Shown here one piece after another: positions 48,758-58,686 of a stretch of DNA of 64,000 nucleotides. The position numbers and the translations under genes are program-made. The stretch spans positions 224,721 to 288,720 of the forward strand of contig JBAZUV010000001.1 in the NCBI GenBank assembly GCA_041661185.1. The letters are read 5' to 3'. The notes beneath the pieces are model-generated. The model made no database searches. It was not told where the DNA came from and worked only from the letters and a program-made list of their open reading frames with translations. Source of the stretch: Elusimicrobiota bacterium (GTDB taxonomy: Bacteria; Elusimicrobiota; Elusimicrobia; UBA1565). Position 1 is the stretch's first letter; every line of letters begins with the position of its first letter.

Positions 48758-50557
48758 ATGGATTCTAGGATACTCGACGTTCTTTTCCTGCGGCCGGGCG
48801 GACGATTTCCGACGGTCGATCATGATATCGGTTCCGCTTGGGATGCGGTGTCTTGCGGATCGCATCAAGTGCGCAGGCACGACTCGAATTATATTTTTTG
48901 GAAGATCCTGTTATCGTGTCGAGCGAGTGAGTATTTTTTCGGGCGAGGCTTGGCTTCCTTTGCATTGCGATGGGTATTCAAAAAGACTTTTGGGGTTTCT
49001 ATCGAGGAGAGCGCGAGTCGTGCCGAATATTGTTCGGGAATGCTCCAGGATGAATGCACGTATCGTTCGGCGGATGGATATCTCGCCGCAGTCTGCGGCA
49101 TGATCGCTCATCTGAAGAGACTCAATGCCAGCCAGAAAGAATATGCCTTTTCCTTGGGGGCGGGCGTCTGCGTGAATCTCGTCGACTATCGGAAAAGCGA
49201 CAGCATCGTTGAATATGCTCGACGGGCATTTAAAGAGAAGAATTTCTTGTCGCTGCTTGCGGAGTCTTCTTTGGACGGGGCGGGGGATGCCGCTGATCTG
49301 GTTTTCCTTTCGGCGCATTCTCCTGAAGAGCTGCTTTTCGCGGCGCTTTTGGCGCTGCATTTGAAGGCGAGGAATCCGCGTGCATATATTTGCCTTTATG
49401 AGCATGGATATGAAAATTTCTCGCTTCAGCCTCATCTGAGCGAACTTGAGAGGAATCGTCATTTCCTCGGCATTTTTGAGAGCATATTGGTGGGGCCTGC
49501 GGATGTCCCGGAGATGACTGCCGGCATCGTGAAGTGCGCTTCTTCGGACGTCTATCCTTGCGGCATTCTTCGGCGGGCCGATGTCCCAGGTCTTGGGACG
49601 GCCCCCCAGGAGAAGGGGGCGTTCCCTCGCTCGCGGCCGCTACCGACTTTTTCGCCGATGCCTATCCTGTGGACGCGTTTGAATCAGGAACGTTGTTATT
49701 GGGGGCGATGCTCATTTTGCGTCCAGAACCATAAACATGGGGGAGGGCCGGTCGGAGGATCCGGCGGGATGGAAGATTCGTTGAGGAGGCTTCAGACTGC
49801 TCGGGAGGCGGGCTATCGGCATGTCATACTTTCCGACGAGGCCTTGTCTCCTGGAAGATTCAGGGAATTGTCGGCAAGGCTTCTGCTGCTGAAGCTGGAT
49901 CTGCGATGGGCGTGCCGAATCCGGTTCGATGGAGAATTTCGGAGGGAGGATTTCTTCCGGGCAAAAGAGGCGGGCTGTTTCGAGGCCCTTTTGGGGCTCG
50001 AGAGCGTCTCTCCACGAGTCCAGCGGCTTATGAATAAGTATCCCGAGAATCTCGAGCGGAAGCATATCGAGGATATGCTGGCGTGGATGCGTGAGGCGGG
50101 GCTCGGGAGTCATGTGAATATTTTGGGAGGGTTTCCAGGCGAGACGGTCCAGGAGCTTGAGGATACCGTCGGCTTCGTTGCCGCTCATGCGAAAGTGACG
50201 CCGAATATGACGCTTACCTGCAACTGTTTCGAGCTTTTCCCTGGATCGGAGGTCGCGGAGGATCCCAATCGCTATGGGATAGAGGTAAGGCCTTTCTCTG
50301 GGGATGTCGCCCGGGGGCTTTCATTCTCCGTGCGGGGAGAAGGGAACGGCGGCTCGCGGGACCAGCGTCCCTATGTGGATGAGATGCGGCAGCGATTGTT
50401 TTCAGAGGCTGGCTGGGGGACTTTGCTGAATACCGAAGAGGGTATGGCTGCGCTCGGTTTATATATGGATTCCGGCCACGGAGCGGTATTCAAATCCATG
50501 CTGGACAATGTATTCGAAGCCTCAATAAAGGGGAGCGCATGCCGACGATCCTCTTGA
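48758..50557 (+). CDS. B12-binding-domain radical SAM protein (class B-like)
   Basis: CYWGRCSFC cluster (RCSFC context; CX4CX2C spacing) and ILGGFPGET motif. N-terminal Rossmann-like region. Lower GC than the flanks. Start uncertain. Confidence 0.65.
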   Translation: MDSRILDVLFLRPGGRFPTVDHDIGSAWDAVSCGSHQVRRHDSNYIFWKILLSCRASEYFFGRGLASFALRWVFKKTFGVSIEESASRAEYCSGMLQDECTYRSADGYLAAVCGMIAHLKRLNASQKEYAFSLGAGVCVNLVDYRKSDSIVEYARRAFKEKNFLSLLAESSLDGAGDAADLVFLSAHSPEELLFAALLALHLKARNPRAYICLYEHGYENFSLQPHLSELERNRHFLGIFESILVGPADVPEMTAGIVKCASSDVYPCGILRRADVPGLGTAPQEKGAFPRSRPLPTFSPMPILWTRLNQERCYWGRCSFCVQNHKHGGGPVGGSGGMEDSLRRLQTAREAGYRHVILSDEALSPGRFRELSARLLLLKLDLRWACRIRFDGEFRREDFFRAKEAGCFEALLGLESVSPRVQRLMNKYPENLERKHIEDMLAWMREAGLGSHVNILGGFPGETVQELEDTVGFVAAHAKVTPNMTLTCNCFELFPGSEVAEDPNRYGIEVRPFSGDVARGLSFSVRGEGNGGSRDQRPYVDEMRQRLFSEAGWGTLLNTEEGMAALGLYMDSGHGAVFKSMLDNVFEASIKGSACRRSS

Positions 50558-51441
50558 CGGGAGGGACAGGCAATGCCGGCAGCCATGTTGCACGGCAGCT
50601 TCTTGCCCATGGATATGAAATTCTTGCCGTGTCCCGGAGCAAACCGGATTTCCATTGCCGTCATCTTCGTCGAGACCTTCGCGATTTAGAGGGGATTTCT
50701 TCCGAGATCGAATCGACTGATGGGATCATTCATTTGGCGAGTCCGCGCAGCCAAGACGCGAGGGTTACGGTGGAGGAGGATGTCCTTTCTTTTCATATTA
50801 TCTGCCGATACTGGCGAAAAGGCAGCCTGATCTTTGCCAGTAGTCAAGTGGTTTATGGCGTTGCAGTCGGGGACATATGTGAGGACTCGGCGTACCATCC
50901 TTGCGGATGGTACGATTTGGGCAAGATCATTAATGAGCTCCAACTGCAGATGGCGTGCATGGAATCCGGTCGCGGGGCGGGAGTAAGTTTGAGGATACCG
51001 ATCCTCTTCTCTACTGGGAGGAGGAGAACGGATCGTCAGTTCATGACAGATATTCTGGAGCACTGCCGCAAGGGCGGATCATTCGCTTTTGAGAGTGAAG
51101 CGGACTTATATGCGAATGGGACCTCTTTTATTGGGGAAGAGGATTTCGCAGCGGCCGCCGTTGCTGCTCTGCGTATCGACCGGACAGGCGAGTATAATCT
51201 CGCCGGAGGATTTTGCACGTGGAAAGAACTTATCGAATGCGCGCACCGTTTTCTGGGTTCGAGGCCGCGTTTTATTCTTCGCAGGGGGGGGTATAGCATG
51301 CCGGATGAGCTGCGCCTCCCTAGTTCGCGTGCGCGGTTGGACTGCTCGAAATTTCAGAGGGCAGCAAATTGGATCCCGAAAGAAGCGTTAGATATGCTTG
51401 TCGCCCGCTATTTCCAGGAAGATCAGCTGGAGAATGGATGA
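50539..51441 (+). CDS. NAD-dependent epimerase/dehydratase family (SDR) protein
   Basis: ILLTGGTGNAGSHV Rossmann motif. Confidence 0.75.
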   Translation: MPTILLTGGTGNAGSHVARQLLAHGYEILAVSRSKPDFHCRHLRRDLRDLEGISSEIESTDGIIHLASPRSQDARVTVEEDVLSFHIICRYWRKGSLIFASSQVVYGVAVGDICEDSAYHPCGWYDLGKIINELQLQMACMESGRGAGVSLRIPILFSTGRRRTDRQFMTDILEHCRKGGSFAFESEADLYANGTSFIGEEDFAAAAVAALRIDRTGEYNLAGGFCTWKELIECAHRFLGSRPRFILRRGGYSMPDELRLPSSRARLDCSKFQRAANWIPKEALDMLVARYFQEDQLENG

Positions 51442-51478
51442 GTCTTGCGGGATGTTTGGGCGGAAGGGGATAAAACGC

Positions 51479-52885
51479 ATGTTGCTGAGATCGAAATGGG
51501 TCCATCATTATCAGCGAGGGAGCGATGTCGTCTTGTTTCATGCGCTGACCGGGGAGGCTCTATTTGGGAGTTCAGCGCTGCTGTGTTTGTTCCATTCTTT
51601 CCCGGGTCAGGATGTCCTGTCTCAGGGACATCCCGGATTTAAGAGAGGGGAGAGCGATGCTGTCGTCGGTCGGTTGTGTTCTAAGAAAATGCTTGTCCTT
51701 TCGCCTTCGGAAGATGATGGGATGGCGGATTCGTTGCTGGAGAAGGCTGATGGATTTTTCAAAGGGAGGAATAGGCTGTCCCTTCTTTCTACGGATGCAT
51801 GCAATCTTCGGTGCAGATATTGCTATGTGCGCAATAAGGATCACTCGCCGACATTGATGACGGTGGATACTGCGAGGCGTACGGTCGATTACTTCTTCCG
51901 TTTGACAGGGCGACAGGGGGATGAGCGAGAACTGCACTTTCACGGCGGAGAGCCATTGCTCAATCTCCCGGCGGTATTCGCCGCTGCCGATCGCGCGCTG
52001 GAATTGCAGGGGGAGGAGTTCTCGGCGGGGCTGTCGCTTTCCCTGACGACGAACGGGGTCTTGTTGGATGAGGAGGCGGCGCGTCAGTTTGCGAAAAGGG
52101 GGGTCCGAATCTCTGTTTCACTCGATGGGCCTCCCGATGTTCATGACGTATATCGGCGCTCGAAGGAGGGGCAAGGCAGCTGCGAGCAGGCAAGACGCGC
52201 GATAGAGCTCTTGCGTGCTGAGGGGGTTGACGTGCAGATTGCATGCACGTTGACGCCGGAGGTCCTCTCGAGTTGGGACAGGGTCGTGAGCTATTTTGTC
52301 GATGAGGTGGGCGTCGATTCTGTAATAATAGGGACGCTATTGCTGTCTTCTTCCGGAGAGAAAGGAATGTCTTCGGAGATGTCCGAGGGGAGGTCTGCGG
52401 GGGCGGCCATTCGGAGCGTCATCGGTGCGGCCGAGAAGAATCGCTTCGAGGATATAGATATTCTGCCTCGGATTAGAGCGTTTTCGAAGAAAAGGGTTTA
52501 TTTGAAATCGTGCGCGGCGACCGGCGGACAGATGGCTGTCGATCCCGCCGGGAATATAGGGCCGTGCCATGGGTTGTTGGGGGAGTCTCGGTATTTCCCG
52601 CGGAATGTTTTCCGAGACTATGATGAGGATATCGGCGCAAACGAAATGTTTGTAGAATGGAGTCGTCGTAGTCCGTTGCGCTTTCCTGTTTGTCGGCGAT
52701 GTCCAGCCATCGGCATCTGCGGCGGAGGATGTCCTGCATCTGCTTTGCGGGACAGCGGGGATATTTGGGCGGTCGATCGCAGGACATGCTGGTTGGTCAA
52801 GCCGCTTCACGAGTGGCTTATGTGGCGTGTCTTCGATCAAGACGAGAGGCGTTCTGAGGGCGACGTTCGATTGGGAAGGAAATGA
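51479..52885 (+). CDS. radical SAM/SPASM-domain enzyme with N-terminal PqqD-like RRE (peptide-maturase-like)
   Basis: CNLRCRYC (CX3CX2C). C-terminal CHGLL...CRRCPAIGICGGGC auxiliary cluster motifs. N-terminal KWVHHYQRGSDVVLFHALTGEALF resembles a RiPP recognition element. Start could be 51398 or 51452. Confidence 0.75.
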   Translation: MLLRSKWVHHYQRGSDVVLFHALTGEALFGSSALLCLFHSFPGQDVLSQGHPGFKRGESDAVVGRLCSKKMLVLSPSEDDGMADSLLEKADGFFKGRNRLSLLSTDACNLRCRYCYVRNKDHSPTLMTVDTARRTVDYFFRLTGRQGDERELHFHGGEPLLNLPAVFAAADRALELQGEEFSAGLSLSLTTNGVLLDEEAARQFAKRGVRISVSLDGPPDVHDVYRRSKEGQGSCEQARRAIELLRAEGVDVQIACTLTPEVLSSWDRVVSYFVDEVGVDSVIIGTLLLSSSGEKGMSSEMSEGRSAGAAIRSVIGAAEKNRFEDIDILPRIRAFSKKRVYLKSCAATGGQMAVDPAGNIGPCHGLLGESRYFPRNVFRDYDEDIGANEMFVEWSRRSPLRFPVCRRCPAIGICGGGCPASALRDSGDIWAVDRRTCWLVKPLHEWLMWRVFDQDERRSEGDVRLGRK

Positions 52886-52907
52886 GCATAGCCGGATAGG
52901 AGGTCTT

Positions 52908-53117
52908 ATGACGAAGGCGCAAAAATTGGTGTTCTTGCCGCTGCTGCAGGTCCTGATGTCGTTTGTCGGAGGCGCTCGGCCCGTGATGGCCGCTGATTTG
53001 CAGGTGCGGGAGCCTTCTGATAATGCGTATCTCACAGTCATATCGGTCGCGCATGCAGGAGAAGAAGGGTCGCGGCCTATCGGTCGACCGTGTGCGGTTA
53101 CAGGGGTTCGCGGCTGA
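52908..53117 (+). CDS. small ORF encoding signal peptide + about 40-aa peptide (possible product or precursor of the radical SAM cluster)
   Basis: Strong RBS TAGGAGGTC 5 nt before the ATG. MTKAQKLVFLPLLQVLMSFVGGARPVMAADL is signal-peptide-like. Terminator immediately downstream. Confidence 0.4.
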   Translation: MTKAQKLVFLPLLQVLMSFVGGARPVMAADLQVREPSDNAYLTVISVAHAGEEGSRPIGRPCAVTGVRG

Positions 53118-53132
53118 TCTTTTAATGCAGGA

Positions 53133-53169
53133 TGCGCCCCGCCTTTTCCAGGCGGGGCGCATCTTTTTT
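53133..53169 (+). terminator. rho-independent terminator GCGCCCCGCC-loop-GGCGGGGCGC + ATCTTTTTT
   Basis: Seen directly in the sequence; closes the radical SAM gene cluster. Confidence 0.8.
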
Positions 53170-53331
53170 ATGCAGACTTCCTTTGCCCGAATCGTCCGAT
53201 CTCAGACTTGCCATAAATCATCTCGACGAATGGCATGCTGAAAAACTGTATGAGGAGTTGTGGGGGCAGGATTCCTCAGGTCCATCGAGTACTGTTACAG
53301 GGATTGACAGTATTGAAGTACAATACTCACT

Positions 53332-55410
53332 ATGAGCGACAAAGCGAAGGCGAAGGGATCGAGATTCCCATTTTATTTTTCGGTGATTTTCACGATTATT
53401 CTTGTGCTTTTGCAGGCTGTCGGGTTGTTCGCTCCGGCGGACAACCGTTGGCAGGATAATCTGTATCGTTGGCGCGGGATGGTTCAGGGAGATCCTCGTA
53501 TAATTTTCGTGGCGATCGATGACCGATCCATTCAGTCGGTCGGACAGTACCCGTGGCCTCGCAGTAAATATACAAAACTGGTCGATGAAATTTTCCGGAA
53601 TGGAGCGAAGGTCGTCGGTATAGATATCCTTTTTGTGGATCCTTCCCAGCCGCAAGAGGATGATGCGCTCATCGCACTTACACGGAAATATGGTGAAAGG
53701 ATTGTTCATTCGATGGCTTCGGATCCGTCCTTTCAAAATGAGATTCGTTTCATGCGTCCCTTTCCACGTTTGGCTGCCGTCACTCGTTCATTGGGGATGG
53801 TCAAACAGGAGCCTGAGGATGATGGGCAGGTGCGAAAGCTTCCGTTATTCATGGGGAAAAGCGTTTATTACGATGATTGGTTGTCCGATCCGGACCGAGT
53901 CCCAGGATTCGGTTTGAAATTGCTGTCGCTTTATGAGGGCAAATCTCCGAAAAGCTATTTGGAGCGTTTTCCGAACTGGATCAGGATCAATATTCGCGGG
54001 AAGACGAAGAGAGTCATCGGGAAGACTGTCGATGCCAAGGGTGAGACTATAGAGATCGAACAGGAGGTTTTTGGCATCGCACGCATCCCTGCTTGGAAGC
54101 TGCTCTCGAATTCCTTGAGCGCCGATGAACGCAAGAGGTTCAAGGGGGCGATCGCCATCGTGGGTTCTTCCACGGTCGGGGCATTCGACCATTATCCTAC
54201 GGCATTCGATTCAATGTCTCCGGGTGCGGAAGTGTATGCGAACTTCATCGATAACCTTTTGCACGACAGCTATTTCCGATCGGCATCAGGGTATGCCATT
54301 TGTTTGCTCATAATTCTTTTTGTGAGTGCAGTTTGTTTCTTAAGCGTACGGCTGAGTCCGTTCTATACGGCTCTTTCCTTTTTGGGTATGGCCGTGGGTT
54401 GGCTTGCCGTGTCTTGGATATCCTTTCAGCATCTCTATATCCTTGCGTTCGTGGGGCCGATGCTGGCCATCGCGGGAACATTCAGCGTGCTGCTCATCCA
54501 TCGCGCGCTGATGGAAGAGCAGCAGAAGCGCGAGGTGCGGCGGATGTTCGGGCAGTACGTCTCGCCCGAGGTCGTGGACATCCTGGTGCAGGATCCCTCG
54601 AAGATCCGGCTCGGCGGAGACCGGCGGGATATGACGGTGTTCTTCCTCGACATCGCGCACTTCACCACCATCTCGGAGAAGATGTCGCCTGAGAAGCTCA
54701 TCAAGTTCCTCAACAGTTATCTTACGGAGCTCACTGATATCATCCTCAAGAACCACGGGGTCGTGGACAAGTACATCGGCGACTGCATCATGGCCTTCTG
54801 GAATGCGCCCCTGGAGGTCCCGGGGCACCGCGTGCACGCTTGCGTCGCGGCCGTGGAGTGCATCGCGGCCATCGAGAAGCTCAACCGCGAGTACGTGGAC
54901 CCCACCATCCCGGAGAGGCCCTCCGTGCGCATCGGCCTCAACGCGGGAGAGGTGGTCGTGGGCAACACGGGCTCGGCGCGCAAGCTGGCCTACACCGTGC
55001 TGGGCGACGACGTGAACCTAGCCAGCCGCTTGGAAGGCGCCAACAAGTTCTTCGGCTCCACTATCATGGTCAGCGAGAACGTCTACAAGGAAGCTGCCGG
55101 AGTGGTGGAAGCCCGCGAGTTGGGCCGCGTGCGCGTGGTGGGCAAGGCCATCCCCATCCGCGTCTACGAGCTCCTGGCCAAGAAGGGCGCTCTTTCCGAG
55201 CATTGGCAGCAGGCCCTGCCCGAGTATTCCAAGGGAGTGGAGCTCTACAACGCGAAAGATTTCAGCGGCGCTCTCTCTCACTTCGAGAAGGCGCTCAAGG
55301 TCCTGCCTGAGGACAAGCCCTCCAAGCTCTACGCCGAGCTCTGTAAAGGCTATCAGAAGTCTCCGCCTGCCGCGGATTGGGACGGGGTCTTCAACCTGAC
55401 GTCGAAATAA
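53332..55410 (+). CDS. CHASE2 sensor + TM + class III adenylate/guanylate cyclase + C-terminal TPR-like region
   Basis: CHASE2 (IIFVAIDDRSIQSVGQYPWPR). Cyclase motifs DIAHFTTISE and GDCIMAFWNAP. Confidence 0.85.
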   Translation: MSDKAKAKGSRFPFYFSVIFTIILVLLQAVGLFAPADNRWQDNLYRWRGMVQGDPRIIFVAIDDRSIQSVGQYPWPRSKYTKLVDEIFRNGAKVVGIDILFVDPSQPQEDDALIALTRKYGERIVHSMASDPSFQNEIRFMRPFPRLAAVTRSLGMVKQEPEDDGQVRKLPLFMGKSVYYDDWLSDPDRVPGFGLKLLSLYEGKSPKSYLERFPNWIRINIRGKTKRVIGKTVDAKGETIEIEQEVFGIARIPAWKLLSNSLSADERKRFKGAIAIVGSSTVGAFDHYPTAFDSMSPGAEVYANFIDNLLHDSYFRSASGYAICLLIILFVSAVCFLSVRLSPFYTALSFLGMAVGWLAVSWISFQHLYILAFVGPMLAIAGTFSVLLIHRALMEEQQKREVRRMFGQYVSPEVVDILVQDPSKIRLGGDRRDMTVFFLDIAHFTTISEKMSPEKLIKFLNSYLTELTDIILKNHGVVDKYIGDCIMAFWNAPLEVPGHRVHACVAAVECIAAIEKLNREYVDPTIPERPSVRIGLNAGEVVVGNTGSARKLAYTVLGDDVNLASRLEGANKFFGSTIMVSENVYKEAAGVVEARELGRVRVVGKAIPIRVYELLAKKGALSEHWQQALPEYSKGVELYNAKDFSGALSHFEKALKVLPEDKPSKLYAELCKGYQKSPPAADWDGVFNLTSK

Positions 55411-55412
55411 GG

Positions 55413-56012
55413 ATGGTTCCCGTGAGAACTAAGGCTATTTCGTCCAAGCAGACTCCTCTTGAGGAGGTCTCTTTCTGCTTCGTGGACACGGAGACCACGG
55501 GAATCTCTCCCGCGCGGGGCAGCCGGGTCTGCGAGCTGGCGATCCTGCGCGTGCGCAACGGGCAGGTCGAAGGCGAGCTCAACGCCTTGGTCGATCCTCA
55601 GTCGCCCATCGACCCTTATGCGCAGGCCGTGCATGGGATCACGGACGCCATGGTGGCCGGCCAGCCGACTTTTGAGGCGTTCGTTCCGAAGGTGGAGACC
55701 CTGTTCTCCGGTGCGGTGTTCGTAGGCCACAATGCGAACTTCGACGTGAGCTTCCTTCGCTCGGAGTTCGAGCGCGCCGGGCGCGGCCTTCCGGAGCTGA
55801 CCGTGCTGGACACCCTGCGCTGGGCCCGACGGCACTACAAGTTCCCGTCGAACCGGCTGGGGGCATTGGCCGAGGGCTTCGGCTTCGACACCCAGGGCGC
55901 GCACCGCGCGGGCCGCGACGTGGAGCTGCTCAAGCGCGTCTTCGACCGCTTCGTCGAAGATTTTCGGACCAAGAAAAAGATCCATACATTGGAGGGGCTC
56001 ATCACGCTTTGA
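55413..56012 (+). CDS. DnaQ-like 3'-5' exonuclease (DEDDh)
   Basis: FVDTETTG (Exo I), HNANFD (Exo II), HRAGRD (Exo III). Confidence 0.8.
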   Translation: MVPVRTKAISSKQTPLEEVSFCFVDTETTGISPARGSRVCELAILRVRNGQVEGELNALVDPQSPIDPYAQAVHGITDAMVAGQPTFEAFVPKVETLFSGAVFVGHNANFDVSFLRSEFERAGRGLPELTVLDTLRWARRHYKFPSNRLGALAEGFGFDTQGAHRAGRDVELLKRVFDRFVEDFRTKKKIHTLEGLITL

Positions 56013-56173
56013 CGTCTAGTGCGGCACAATTCCCTTTGCGTTCGTCGTCCTGGGCCTGACCTGACGGCCGTCATTCCGGCGGAAGCCGGAATCCAGGATT
56101 GCGACGGAGTTCCTGGGTCCCGGCTTTCGCCGGGACGACGAAGAGGGATGAGCGTGCCCCGCAGGAGGAGACA

Positions 56174-57838
<1,665 letters not shown>

Positions 57839-57850
57839 AGCTCTCGAAAA

Positions 57851-57883
57851 AGCCCCTCGCTCTGATAGAGCGGGGGGCTTTTC
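57851..57883. terminator. bidirectional terminator hairpin between hutU and rubrerythrin (aaaaAGCCCCTCGCTC-tgata-GAGCGGGGGGCTtttcg)
   Basis: Seen directly in the sequence. Confidence 0.7.
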
Positions 57884-57909
57884 GTTGGTCGTTTGCGGGA
57901 CTTTTTAGG

Positions 57910-58422
57910 TCAGTCGATGCGTTGGTACTTCTCGGCCGGGAGATTGCAAATGGGGCATTTGGCCGAGGGCTTGCCGATCTCGAGGTTGCCGCAGACCGGG
58001 CAGAGATAAATCTCGGAGGAGGCCAGGTCCTTTCCCGCGGCTACGGCTTCCAGGGCTTTCTTGTAGAGGTTCGCGTGAACCTCTTCGGCTTTGAGGGCCC
58101 AGGCGAACATGGTCTTGGCGCGGTGCCCTTCCTTCACGGCCTCTTCCAGCATGGGCGGATACATCTTCGTGAACTCGTAGGTCTCGCCTTCGACGGCGGA
58201 CTTGAGGTTGTCCGCGGTGGAGTTGATGCCTCCCATGGCGGCCAGGTGCCCGAGCGCATGGATCGTCTCCGCCTCGGCGGCGGCCTTGAAGAGCTTGGCG
58301 ACTTGCGGAAAGCCGTCCTTCTCAGCCTTGCGGCTGAAGGCCAGGTACTTGCGGTTGGCCTGGCTCTCTCCCGCGAAGGCGGTCTTGAGGTCTTCCAGGG
58401 TGCTCGACGTGGTGTTGGGCAT
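57910..58422 (-). CDS. rbr: rubrerythrin (diiron ferritin-like domain + C-terminal rubredoxin-like CPVCG...CPIC)
   Basis: Start at the internal ATG with AGGAGG RBS. E...EXXH diiron motifs and a CxxC-x12-CxxC C-terminus. Confidence 0.85.
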   Translation of the reverse strand: MPNTTSSTLEDLKTAFAGESQANRKYLAFSRKAEKDGFPQVAKLFKAAAEAETIHALGHLAAMGGINSTADNLKSAVEGETYEFTKMYPPMLEEAVKEGHRAKTMFAWALKAEEVHANLYKKALEAVAAGKDLASSEIYLCPVCGNLEIGKPSAKCPICNLPAEKYQRID

Positions 58423-58686
58423 GGGCGTCCTCCTGTGAAGTCTCCGGCTGATGCGAAGATTATATCTTACTGCGTATCGGCTGGACCCCGGCTTCCGCCG
58501 GAATGACGGCGGGAGCTTCAACCGGCTGACCTGTTGCCATTTGCTTTGGCGGATGGGTCTTAGGGCCCACATTTATATGGGTCCAAATAGTCGTGTCCCC
58601 CGTCATAAAAAAGCCCTTGCAGAAACGGAACCCTTCGCCAATACTTATTATTACTGCCTGCATAACGTATGCAGGCATCAATAAGA

